This document shows, piece by piece, positions 51,779 to 64,000 of a DNA stretch of 64,000 nt (within the stretch, counting starts at the first letter, position 1; each line of letters opens with the position of its first letter). Location: the NCBI GenBank assembly GCA_038496445.1, contig JALMLS010000480.1, positions 62,001 through 126,000 on the forward strand, given 5' to 3'. A model generated the notes under the pieces. That model did no database searches. It was not told where the DNA came from and worked only from the letters and a program-made list of their open reading frames with translations. This DNA comes from Trichosphaerium sp. ATCC 40318 (Eukaryota > Protista > Tubulinea). Both the position numbers and the translations under genes were made by a program.

Positions 51779-52925
51779 TTACATTTTTAGATTATCTTTA
51801 CCTTCCATCATAAGGTTTAAAAGCTCAACTATCCTATTTGTTAGTTTGCCATTTGCATCCCATTGTTTGGATTCACCATGCTGTTTACCCTCAACCCACA
51901 TAAACTGATACTTTAGTTGTCCATTCTCATGCCATCCTTTGTCTACTCCTTGTTTGTTGCCATCAACCCACATACACTGATACTTCAGTTGCCCATTTTC
52001 ATACCATCCTTTACTTACACCATGTTCTTTATCCTCTTTCCACGAGCCCTGATATTGTATTTGCCCATCATTGTACCAACTTTTGATTTCACCATGTTGT
52101 TTATCCTCAAACCACATTCCCAAAACTTTGAGTTGGCCATTATCATGCCATTCTCTACTTTCGCCATGTTGTTTACCATCAACCCATAAGCCTTGGTCCT
52201 CAAGTTGTCCATTCTCACTCCATTCATTACTCTCACCATGCTGTTTACCCTCAACACACGTACACTGATACTTCAGTTGTCCATTCTCATGCCATCCTTT
52301 GTTTACACCTTGTTTGTTACCATCAACCCACATGGACTGATACTTCAGTTGCCCATTTTCATACCACCCTTTACATTGGCCTTGTCGCTTACCATCAACC
52401 CACATGCACTGATATTTTAGTTGACCATCATTGTACCAAATTTTACTTTCACCATGTTCTTTACCCTCAACCCACATGACTTGTTCCTCAAGTTGTCCAT
52501 TCTCATACCAATTGTTGCATTCACCATGTTGTTTACCATCAACCCACATGTACTTATCCTCAAGTTGTCCATTCTCATACCATCCTTTGCATTCACCTTG
52601 TTTTTTGCCATCAACCCACATGCACTGATACTTTAGTTGTCCGTTCTCATGCCATCCTTTGTCTTCACCATGGGTTTTACCATTAACTTTGCTGCATTGT
52701 TGCTTCAGCTTTCCATTTTTATACCATTGCATCCATAGTCCCTTTGGTTGCAACATTTCATCAAAGTGTGTATTAATTGCTGCTCTCTTTGATAGAGTGT
52801 GGAATTTTGTAAATACTTCTACATTGAAAGTACAAATGTATGTTTGAAGCTCACTTGGAATATCCAATAATCTCAAAGAATCTGATTTACTGTCCAACTT
52901 TTGTTTACGTTTGGAAAGAGACTTT
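51779..52925 (-). CDS. F-box-like + ~12 MORN_2 repeats; a small 5' exon probably lies upstream
   Basis: LDIPSELQTYIC...TLSK; 24-aa units WyENGQLKYQCMWVDGKxxG; branch point, pyrimidine tract and AG near 52922. Confidence 0.88.
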
Positions 52926-54505
52926 AAAAAGAAAAAAAGTGTTAGTACTACAAAAAGGACACAAGTCGATTGAAACACTGAATAGTAGATGTTAGGATTT
53001 GACTTGAAATAACATTATTTTGTCTTAGCACTAGGCCTGATTTTTCTGGACAGTGTGAACGTATGTAGCCCTTTACAACTCTGCAAGATAAACCATGAGT
53101 GTATATATCCTCATGCAGTACTTAACATGAGCATAAGAACAGAAAGTCACGTGCGTGCTACAAAGTAGGCATAACACTCAAATAGAAATAGCGTTATTTC
53201 AGGTCAAATCCTATCATTTACAAACAATAGATTAGAGGTAAGTTTTTGAGCAACAATAGCTTCATATACGGTAATTGTTATGTGTGAATGCCAAAAGGGA
53301 AAGTAATGTAAAGAAACAAAGTTTTGTTTTTTCAACACAAAAACGTGGGTCCGAAAAAAAGACTCGTTTTTGTAAACGCTGTTTACTACAAAGAAGCTTC
53401 CGCCCGTTTTACTTTGTTTTTGTACGTACCATGCTTTAATTAACTAATTAGACTGTAAAACTGCTTTTAATATTAATAATAGGGCTTGCGCTGCTATATA
53501 CGACTCTCGTAGTACTTTCGTTTCCGTGTTTTGAATATTTGCTATTCTGCTGACTTAATGACTTTTTTTTTAGTATTATTAAGTCAGGTTATTGACATGA
53601 TGGTACATTTAGGCATGCTTTTTTTGCTTCACACACCGTCATTGACTTATCAAGCCGTTTTCATTACCTCTAGTGCATCAATAGTGAAACATTACAAGGT
53701 AAAGAGTTGTGTAAGAAGTTGTGCAAGTAAGCGTATTTTGTCCATCAAAAATATGCTTATCTAAAGAACAGTAGCATGTTCAATACCGTCTATCACCAAT
53801 GCATATTTGGCACACCCACCAGTACCTTCATACTTTCGACACTGTTAGATAAATAGTGTGAACATTTACTAATGCTTTGATGTTATGCTGACAAGAGTCA
53901 TCAACAACGTGCAATCATACAAGGACATAGTTGTATTTTGAAGCAAAGCACCTCCACAAACTAATGAAAACTCTTCACTCTTAACTCATGTGAGATATGC
54001 AGGTTGAGATTTGACATAATTGATCTTCAAGGTTTTCCAACACGTGACAGAACTGACACGTTTGATAGGTAAAATCTTGCTTGACAGATATGACAGTTCT
54101 TTCTGACAGAACTTGCGAGTAGTTATTTCCTACCTTTCTGTGCCTTTAAAATGAATACCTTGGCAATATTTACTTAATGTTTGACTTGAAGGGTACGCAT
54201 AATATTGAACGAAATAGCATATTTTGCTTTAGATTTTTTCACTTGCTTGCAATGTACAATACTTTCAACAACAATACAATAAACTAATTTCGTCTTGCCA
54301 CCCTCATCTGCAAGCACCCTACCCCAAAAAACTTTTGCACGTGACACAAAACCTGTTGAGAGACACTAAGGAACCACAATATGGCATAAATATACCGTTA
54401 ATGTAAAGAAAGGAACTCTTAACAAACAGTTTTTCGTTCAGGTAAAGCTTTTTTTGACGAAATATCCCGAAACTTCTTTTAAATCAACAAATTCATAAGC
54501 TCATC

Positions 54506-54826
54506 ATGTCCTTGGCCACTCTTCCGTTAGAGATACTACACAAGATTATTCTTTGTAATGAGAGGTGTTGGACTTCCGTAGGGTCTCTTTTGTGTACAAA
54601 CAAACAATTCTCCTTCGAACTACAAGATAACAGGTTCTGGGGCACAATATACAGCAATAGCTATGGAAAGTACAGCGTAAGCGAAGATTCAGACAAAGTC
54701 GACTACAAGAAAATATTACGCAAGAAACTTTGTTCAATTGAGGAAAGAAAGCTTCGTTTTCAGAAACAAGATGAAGGACTAGTAGTACCTGGGTATATAC
54801 GTGTACATAGTAAAAAATGCTTCTAA
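54506..54826 (+). CDS. F-box protein N-terminus; downstream part degenerate or unresolved
   Basis: MSLATLPLEILHKII...SLLCTNKQF....DNRFWGTIY. Confidence 0.65.
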   Translation: MSLATLPLEILHKIILCNERCWTSVGSLLCTNKQFSFELQDNRFWGTIYSNSYGKYSVSEDSDKVDYKKILRKKLCSIEERKLRFQKQDEGLVVPGYIRVHSKKCF

Positions 54827-55827
54827 AGTATCTTGGTACCGAGCTTGCAAGGTGTAGAGATTGTAAAAAAAATGGAAAAGTAAGAAAAGTTGATTTGTTT
54901 GTTTCATCATCATGATCACGTGATAAGTCAATAAATATTTATCATGTGGATCATCCGTATGGGTTTAATAGAATGTAGGGTTGGTTTTTTAATTGATTAC
55001 CATATCACCAGCACCTCAAAGAATCCTGTTTGCCAGCACGAAACTACTATAAGTTGCATAATTGTACAAGATTGAAGTACAGCAGTTATAGATGAATTGC
55101 TAGCAGTGAAAGACATACACAAAGTCAACTATTTAACACTGACAGCGATATAGAGTCATCAATTGTACTAAGCACTTCCAATCATTCTTTGTTGTACGAA
55201 TAATATGTCAAGAATTTCAGTGTGCTATTGATAGCCACTAAGACGTTGTCCTTCCTCCCAATAATCACATATTAGTTGTCTAGATGGCGCAACAGTAATT
55301 CTCATTGGATTCTATCAACTCAAATATAAATACAAGGGTTTATTGTAGACTGCGGTCAAACTGACGTGGTTCAGTAACCTCTTCAAACAGACTTGCGCAT
55401 TTATCACTGCAAAGAAGGAAAGAAGAAAAACATCACGTGATATTTTAATAATGCGCTATGAGAGAACGACAAGTTTAATCACGATTAGCTACACCTTATT
55501 TTTCCCTCCCTAGTGAAGAGAATGTATGTCAATGGTGCAGAAGTTCACGTGATAATTGTGAATACTTTTCGTGAGAATCCGAGAAAATAACGCCTTCGAA
55601 TACAGACTGGGTTTTATTAGCCTCTACTCTTATTTTACAGTCGCAGAGACCTCTGTGCGCGTATATAGAGGTGATGTGGGTCTCTTCTGCTGAAACATGT
55701 GTATCTTTTCGCACTTTCAGACAAGATCCCGACTTTTTATGGTTAGCTAATTTGTTTCAACACTTTATGAATTTTATCTCCCTCATAGCGTAGAGTACTC
55801 ACAACCGTTACAACTACAAATAATATT

Positions 55828-56735
55828 ATGGCCAACAAGAAGAAGAAGGCAGATATTACTATTGTTGTCGTAGGAAGCGACTATGATCAGGTGAAAACGA
55901 AGCTATTAACAGCTTATGCTACCAAAACTTTTACGGAACCTGTACCAAGTGTGTTCGACGATTGTTTGGGTGAGCATTCCCTGGAGAGCACCAACTTGTC
56001 TAAAACAAATCCATAGGTACTGTAACACTCGATGGAAAGGAAAAATCGTATAGTCTGATGGATACTGTACGATATTTTAGCACGTTTTTTCAAACAGTAT
56101 TTCCTTTACAAAATCAAACATTTTGAGCTAATTCTATCTTTTCAACAGCAAGGACAAGCTGAATATAATCGTCTACGACCACTGTCATACAAGGTATGAT
56201 GGCTAAGGACAGTATAGTCTTTAACATAAATAAATCCTTCAGGCTGCTAATGTGTTCATTCTTGTATTCTCGGTTGGTGACCATGACAGCTTTAAAGATG
56301 CTCGTGACAAGGTATAAGTTGTGGGTTTTTTTATTGACATTACAAGCTTTTTAACCTTATATAAACGTATTAGTATGCCCCTGAACTCAACCATCATGCA
56401 CCAGGTGTACCTATCTTGCTTGTTGGTGCTCAAGTGGAGCTAAGAGATGACCCTGATACTATCAAAAAGCTTAAAGACAAAGGATTATCACCAATCACAC
56501 AAGAGCAAGGTACTTTTGTTTTACTTGTGTTTTTTAGGTTTAATTAACACTTGTATTAACAGGTGCTCAAATGGCAACGAAAATACAGGCATTCCAATAC
56601 ATGGAGTGTTCTGCTAAAAAATATGTTAATGTCATTGAAGTATTTGACGCTTGTTTCCAACAAGCCGTGGCGGCTCAACAACAAACAAAACAAAACAAAA
56701 AACGTTCTTGGTTATCAACAATCATTGGTAAATAA
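55828..56735 (+). CDS. Atypical Rho/Rac-family GTPase (6 exons)
   Basis: PSVFD, LMDT|[53 protein letters not shown]; degenerate G1/G4; no CAAX. Confidence 0.88.
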
Positions 56736-57275
56736 AATAGTTTGTTAGTATATTCAAAGTACAGTAATTTATACACACACTACCACGGTATCAACTTTCT
56801 CTGGCATGAGTGCCTTACCGCTATCGATTGACTATTTTTGATTTGCAGATGTCAACATTGACTGGTCTGTCCGTTTTCATTGCCTTTAGCACATCGATGA
56901 CTATGGATGTGTTTCTTTAAGGTCTTCACTTTGTTAATAATACGCCTATATGATTTAAAGAAACGCCAAGATAGCTTTGTCACGTGCTATGAATGATGGC
57001 GCTACTGTTATAACAATTAATTGCCTTCAAACTCGTGGATAAAAGTGGTTACTTAGGTTTTGTCACGTAAAGAAAATACATAATGTATTCTGGGGGTTTT
57101 TACTTCGTCTATTTAGCCTGTTTAACCAGAAGATAGCTTCTCGCTTCTCTTCATGTATCAGAAGAAAAATTATAAGAGGTTGTTGCAATTAAGTAAGAAA
57201 CAGGCAAAGGGGTGGTGAAGGCACGTGATTAAAAACAAACAAAGATGTATTGGAAAAATATTGTAATTTATTTAA

Positions 57276-60200
57276 TTAGATGGTCTCTGATATGAAAGCA
57301 CTTCTCTTTGCAAAGTATTGATTCATTTTCAAATCAGAAGCACTTGACAATGTTGCATTGTATCGGTTGTGTTTAAAGTCAGATGAGAACATGTCTAACA
57401 AACAAAAGAGGTTAAGAACAGAGTTAAAAAAAAAAAAAGAGAAACGAAACAGATCCAAGACATACCAGAAACACGGAAATCATGTAAATTATCTTTCAGA
57501 AGTGCGTCCATCTTTGATTGAGTACTTGTATCAATGTCGTGGACTGTCAATCCAAGAAGACCTGAGACAATGGTTTAAAATAACAGAAAAAACAGATGAC
57601 CAGTTGTTGTTGACATTTTAAGTCTTCATAGACAAATATGCGTACCATGTGGAGGAGAGTCATGATCGCCATGCCAATGTTTGATATTAAACCCAACATG
57701 ACATGAAGGTGTATCAACTTGAACGATAGATAATTTGAACTGGTACAATGGGAATGCAACAGTCACTGTACCATCTTCATTGAGAGAAATGAATCCTGCA
57801 GAAGATGAAAACTTTTGTTTTGATGCCAACGGTTTGCCGTTGAGTTGAACAACAGACGCGTGTTTATCATCACATCCAACCAATATCTTCTCATCACCTT
57901 TATGAAACCAAGTAAGAACAATACACATATCAAACGAAAAGAAACAAAAAGAAAGGAGAGTTGCAAAGATGTACTTACCAACACTGAATCCAAGTAGAGT
58001 CACACGTGTTGACTTAGAATCGTCAGTCTTACCCAGCTTTGCGTTGACTTGACAATGGTCATCGCTCACAAGGTTCAAAATATCATTATGTTTGCCTTCC
58101 ATCGATACTTTGATACGTCAAGGTAAAAACTACAAGGTACGAAGCTGCATTGCAAGAAAAGACATTTAAAAAAAGAAAGAAAAGAAGGATACACTTTTGA
58201 TTTCTAAATCCCTTGATATTGTTGTATTCACGTTTAGCCATACGTGGGATTGTACATGTTCCTCTACACCTGAATAAATCTACTTCACTAGCTGTACTTG
58301 CTGCGTCAAACGTGTGGGTATACCTTTTTTTGTTGATTAGTTTTCACAATAAATATGAAAATAATTTAATAATAACGCACGTTCTTCCTCCAAGAGTAAT
58401 GGTTGACTCATCCAAATAAGCAGTAAGAACCCTTTCCCTAAAAACCATCTTTTAATTCCCGAGTGGTAATCAATGAGTATACTTATTGTCTCATTGCATA
58501 AAAAAGTGTTTAATGATCACTGTACAAATTAAAAAAAAAACAAAAAAAAACAGCTCTTGAAACTTACCCTGATCCAATACCGTACTCTGCACGAGCAACC
58601 TAAAATAAAAATCAAAACAAGAATAACTCAGCAATAATATGATGGTTTATCACTCTTAGTAACCCAATACAAGTCGCAGGAATGCATTGGGAAATTTTTT
58701 TTTGAGCAAAAAATAAAATGAAAAAAAAATACGATCACACACCACAGGAGGTCCGCCAAGGTTCAACGCATATGCGAAAGGATTAACATTCGCTTGGTCT
58801 ACATAGTCAGTCATGAGATCGTGAGTTGGAGTATCCACCCATTGCTACAAGTTCAAAAAAATTATGAGGGATAGTTTATTAAAAAAAAATGTTTCGTTGT
58901 TACCCTTAAGCTGTAGAAGGTACCACCAACGTCAGCAAAGTTTGAAAATGTGATTGTTGGAAGTCCTGGTATTTGCATTCCAAGTTCATTGTTGAATGCA
59001 TCACTTGCATCAGCCAAATCCGCGGCATTAGCTACGTTGTATTAAGTAAATTCTTCTTACAGTTCAAACTTTTATTCCGTTTTTCAAGGTGTCAAATGGA
59101 AAAGGATCCAGTTTTTTTGGGGTTAATAGATGACGTACCTCTATCATTCAAAAAAGTGGGAATGTCCATATCCATACGAGGTGTTCCTAATTCACCAAAC
59201 CAGAACATATTAGCAATGAAGTAATCCTGAAGTAAAAAATTTAGAAGGTTCAATAAAAATAAAAAAAAATTCAAAAGCATACAGCATCGTCAGGTGTTAT
59301 ATTCTCTTCAATCCACATGCCTTCAGTATTACTGTTTGGAGAGAAATTAACAATAGTTACTCCAAAAGATGAAGCTTCATTATACAAAATCATCTTCGCA
59401 GCAATGAAGCCAGGATTATTGTCTTCAATCTCCTTACCCCTTTTTTTTTTGGTCAGAAAAAACAAAAGTAGCCGATGCCTTTCACCAAACATACCACGTG
59501 TACTGCCAATTAAAAACATCAATATCAAATACTCCTAGTGGAGGTAGAGGTTCTATACAACGCGCTATGTTTTGGTTTAAACTCAAAAAACTTTATAAAC
59601 CAAAAATCCGAAAAGCCGACATACAAGCAATAAGCACATAAGTGATCTAAAGTAACAATCAAGGCGATGTCCGAAAATTCATTTATAAATACTATTACCT
59701 TTCCGTTGCCATCACCATCATCATTCGCGTCTGCCATTCTCACAAGCTTTTATTAGAAATTAGAGGAGGAAACCACCAAACGTTTTTTGATCACGTGGGA
59801 GATGATTAAACAAAAAAAATTGTGTGACGTTTTTTTGCTTTTTTTTTTTTCCATTCAACCTGGAAGCGCACGTATCACGTGATTACGAAAAAAAAATTGG
59901 CAATACGTACACCAGTCCTCGTTTCGCCATTAAGGGTTGCGGATTCTACGAGAAGCGTAAGAGACTCAGAACGATGGTAAAAGAAAAAGGTTGGTACTTT
60001 CCAACAACAATGCAAAAAAAGGAACCACACAAATTTTACACTCGGCGTAAGAGCTACGTACCTTGAAACCTCAGTTCGTCAGGCGCGATGTTGCGGGTTG
60101 AGGCAGGGCCTTCAATAAACCAACCTTTTTTCCAACAGTCAGTGAGTATTTTAACGTAATAGAAAGGGAAAAAAGTACACCAGCATCGTTTTTTATCTGT

Positions 60201-60509
60201 AACAACCAAAAAGGTAAACTGTGAAGTAAAACGACACTGCGGTTTTTTTTGCAAAAAGTCGTAAAGTAAAAAGCCACGCGCAAATAGTACAACAATAGTG
60301 TTTCTACTCTTTAGTTCGCGCAAAAGCTCATTTTGGCAAAAAACAAGCCGCTTTTGTTTTATTCTCCTCCTTTTGGAGTAAGAAGTACCAGATTGTGCCA
60401 AGCTACCGTCGAATGGGTCGAATGTGACATCGTCGCCGGCACCGTTTGGTATATCCCGTGCGTGTACAACAGTAACAAAAGCGATGATAAACGCAATAAA
60501 ACGTATCAT
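57276..60509 (-). CDS. Secreted multi-exon protein with C-terminal VWD/ITI-heavy-chain-C-like domain
   Basis: Signal MIRFIAFIIAFVTVVHA; GKHNDILNLVSD..QVNAKL; PHG|..GLLG. Confidence 0.65.
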
Positions 60510-61167
60510 AGAGGTATAATTTATCACTTATGGTTCGTTTCGTGGTGACAATCTGAATAACGGGTTATTAGATGAATGTGAACGCTACGAAAGATTCAGG
60601 TGAACACCTTCGCGTGTGTAACATGTTGCAACATAGCAAGGGTATTTGGGCAACCCTAGTGCGTAAGATAAAGCCTGCAGTAAGTACAGTAAGTACAGTA
60701 AGTGCATTAAAGCACACAATGATGCACCGCAAGCAAAACGGCGGACGACATGCTTGATTCCGCTTCTCAACGCGCGAATAGGTAAGCCAACGCGGCTAGG
60801 CTAATTCCTGAATGACTTTTACGCCGTTTAACGCATCTCTCCTCCATAAAAACCTTTACAAGAGGTACACTTGGAAACCAGCATGCTACACAAGCGTCGA
60901 CACTGTTTAATACCCTCAGTACTTAACATACCGAACTTGATTCAGAAAAGATATTTAAAAAAATAAACGCTTTTTCGCCGCTGTTTACTTCAGTAGGCGT
61001 TAATAAATTTAGGGGTGCTCGACGTAAGCATGAGATCGGTAAATAAACGCGGCTGTCAAAATATAATCAAACAAACAATGTAAATTAATCTGTAGCTTTT
61101 GTTTCGCTTAAAAACGTGTATTTAACATATTATGACACATTATTTTGTTCGTATGGACTTGTTTTTT

Positions 61168-61567
61168 TTACTGTTCTTGCATGGCCAAGCCTTCAGCGCC
61201 CCAACGACCGCCTAATAGTTTTATTAAACACCATTAATACGTTTAACGCCTATTACGTACCCTTAACTTTGGTCCATTTGAGTGCGTAGCGCCAGTTTTT
61301 GCGGGAAGGTGGGTACATCTACATTAGCGTTTTAGAAAGGTATATGTGCGAAAGAGAGGAGAACGAGCGAGATAACGCATGTAATAGCCAAAGAAACAAA
61401 ATAGAAAATAATTAATAGCGCTTTTCTTCGCTTTTGAGCTGTAATGGTGGTCGTACATCCTTCATTGGTCTTTTATCATTACGGGACCAGATTTCTTTCT
61501 TTTTGATACCGTTTCTGTGTTGTTTACGGATTTGGTTGTTGTTTCTGTGGTTACACCTCTTCGCCAT
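61168..61567 (-). CDS. RPL29: 60S ribosomal protein L29 (eL29), divergent, 3 exons
   Basis: MAKRCNHRNNNQIRKQHRNGIKK..MKD|MYPPSRKNWRYALKW matches MAKSKNH..HNQ..K.HRNGIKK..GVDPKFLRN.RFAKK. Confidence 0.85.
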
Positions 61568-62526
61568 GCTGAATAATGGTAAGAACAGATTCACGACAGC
61601 TTAGAGAAAAAGTCCTGAATGCTATCGAAAGTACGCTAATCGTACAGCACATACCTGCTAGATTTTTATTAGTGGTCTTACGCAAGTGGATATCGCTTGA
61701 GCAGATAATTTGTGGCTTAATGAATTTAAGACATCAAATTTTTTTACCTCTCTTGCGAATACATTAGCTGTTATGTTGCAGCAACAAACGTAGTTGGTAG
61801 GATACACTATAAAATTTGAGAATAAACCAACGACGCTCGCAAAAGTGCCATAAAGTAGCACAGCAATATGCTAACACGCAACGTTACCATTAATCGTAGC
61901 GAATTTGTGTCCAGCCCGGAGGTGCATTAGTTGGGAGGCGATAGTGGCTACAGTGGGTTAGTTTGCGCTGTGGGTGCAACATAACTTGTTGTCCTGCTTT
62001 CTGGCGTCGATAGGCGATTTAGTATCGCTTGCAAGAAGAACAGAACACTCCGTTTAAAACGTACAGCAACTAGACTGCGATCGCTTTAATGATAGCGAAT
62101 GAAATACAGTTGGGTTGATGCGAGAGAACAGTACGTATTAGTCCAGTTTGGTTCAGACGATCGTATGCGCCTAATCGCGCTATCAATGCTCGTTTTGATT
62201 GTGCTGAGTTCCTAACACAGACCCAAACAACCCAAACCATAAAACCGCATGAAACTACAAGATAGAACTGTTCGACGCGCAGGGAAGTTAGTTTGAAAGC
62301 AAGAAAGCGATCTCCGGCTATGCCTATCTTTTGCGATTTTCCTTTGTTCGAGCGTATTCGCGTCGATGGATGCGTTCAGTACGTGTTTATGTAGTTATCA
62401 TAAAAAGCCACGTGAGGATTATTTACGTAAATACGTGTCAAATTATTACCGTTTGCGTTCCTTCGTTTCTCAGTTGTTTGTTTGTTGTGTTTCCTTGTGC
62501 TTTTGGAACACTCGTATCGTACTAAC

Positions 62527-64000
62527 ATGATAGAGTGTAAGGAATCCACGTAGCTGTGAAAGGAGAAGGATTGAAGCACATTGGAACAAGCGAGATTTTT
62601 TGTGACACAATAAAATAGGACAGATAACAAAGAAAGCAACGCTTTATGGGGACATATTCTGTTATTTTCATTGCTCTACTTGTGTCTATAGTATCATCAA
62701 GGCCTCTCGCATTTTTGCCAGGTATTGAGGATGGAAGTTTTGATCCCCCATTCTCAGGAGAGATAGCCATAGACGGTACGTTAAACTGAAGCAATTTTAG
62801 TAAAAACAGCAAAGTGAGAACATTCTTTTGGTAACGTTCTTGCTTGATGGTGTTTACATTATGACACCAGACATGCTTTTGCGTAGATACACTACTCTTA
62901 GGGTTTATATGTGGTAATGTAAGGTTTTGATTGTTTTATTTAGTGTTTTACATAAAAACCGACTCTGGCTCTACAACTGCTACGATAGCTGGCGACGAAT
63001 TTACTTGGCAAGGTATGCGAGATTTTTTTTCAGATAGTGATGTGTATTTACGTACTACCTTTTGGGTGTGACGTTATATATTTTGATTTCGGATAGTCAC
63101 GTGATAACAACCGTCACTTCGCCCAGTTGTAGTTTTATACCCATTTGTAGTAAAATTTTGTTCCTTTTTTTTTTTGTCCTAATTGAGTTTGTCCGCAAAT
63201 TGGGTTTGTTTTTGTGGGTACTAAATTATTAATTAGCATCACAGACGTTGGGTGGCGAAGAAAGAATGGGTGTACGCTAGATTTTTTATTATGTTGACAA
63301 GAAACACTGGTTATTTTTTTTGTTTTTGGTTAAAGGTCAAATTGTACTTGTTTTGTTATGAAACTGTGGTTTTCGAACCCGTGATGATAGTGTTACTGAT
63401 AAAAACATAGCTAGTTACATTTTTTGATGGGCTGGGCGATCGTAAGGCACGTCATATCCAGTAATTAAACCGTTTTGTTTTAACTTACGTCTTTTTATTA
63501 GCTCACTTACGAAGGTGTTGCTTGTACGCTATTTTTGTCTTTGTAGCTTAAAATATATCTCTAAAGATTTAAACTATAGCGCGCTGTGTTCCTTCCCCAA
63601 GTTTTGGACAATTGGACCCAGCCACTTTTGGTTGGAACTATGTTTGGTATATCAAGATTCTTTTTTTTTTTATCTCATTTTTACTAAGGGGAAAAGATGC
63701 TGGGACTGGTTCCTTCATATCGGCAAAAATGATCGTTCTAAATAGAGAAAATGGGTTCTTTGCTACTTTTGTTTATCTATCTCCCAACACTGGCCTTGGC
63801 TCCGATAATACATGGCATGAAGAAGATATAGATAGCACTACCAATGTACAAACAATTTTTTTAGCTTTTTTTTTCGAAGTCTCTTCTTTTTGTTCCAACC
63901 ACCACGTGTTTTTTTTTTTCGTTCTAAATAATATCAAAAGTAGTTTATATCGTTATTCAAAGCATTTTTTGTCAGTTACGGTTTTTGGTGCAACCAGAAA
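62527..64000 (+). CDS. Paralog of the 57276-60509 secreted protein; runs off window end
   Basis: DGSFDPPFSGEIA, IAGDEFTWQG, SFISAKMIVLN..FVYLSPN..WHEEDI vs DVTFDPFDGSLA, IAPDELRFQG, GFIAAKMILYN..IVNFSPN..WIEENI. Confidence 0.7.

Noticed and set aside
51850-52730. CRISPR-like array
   Set aside because: In-frame 72-bp coding repeats with no unique spacers
51917-52847. Antisense ORFs over the MORN array and similar shadow ORFs elsewhere
   Set aside because: By-products of repetitive coding sequence on the opposite strand
1-64000. Endogenous giant-virus genome or alternative genetic code
   Set aside because: No capsid, polymerase or packaging ATPase seen; intact genes read through in the standard code and internal stops are explained by introns or decay

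Overview
AT-rich eukaryotic DNA with many short GT-AG introns, most likely from a protist (amoeboid affinity is plausible but not provable here). Ordinary genes include an SRF-type MADS-box factor, an Rsa3-like protein, a KCTD-type BTB protein, an MRH-like protein, a GT17 GlcNAc-transferase, a GH114 hydrolase, an RCC1-repeat protein, an atypical Rho GTPase, RPL29 and two secreted paralogs. They are mixed with a fast-turnover accessory region of about ten F-box genes or relics (F-box+MORN, F-box+LRR), inverted segmental duplications, LINE relics and small TIR elements. The most notable candidate system is a three-copy gene in which an intact OGFOD2/ICU11-like 2OG-Fe(II) dioxygenase domain is spliced in frame to an F-box, a possible hydroxylase/SCF-adaptor fusion. 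Other highlights are a prepro cationic 6-Cys peptide, a TIR-containing intron that may be transposon-derived, a Rho pseudo-GTPase, a head-to-head gene pair and strong CACGTG enrichment. All calls are by eye, and exon boundaries are approximate unless stated.
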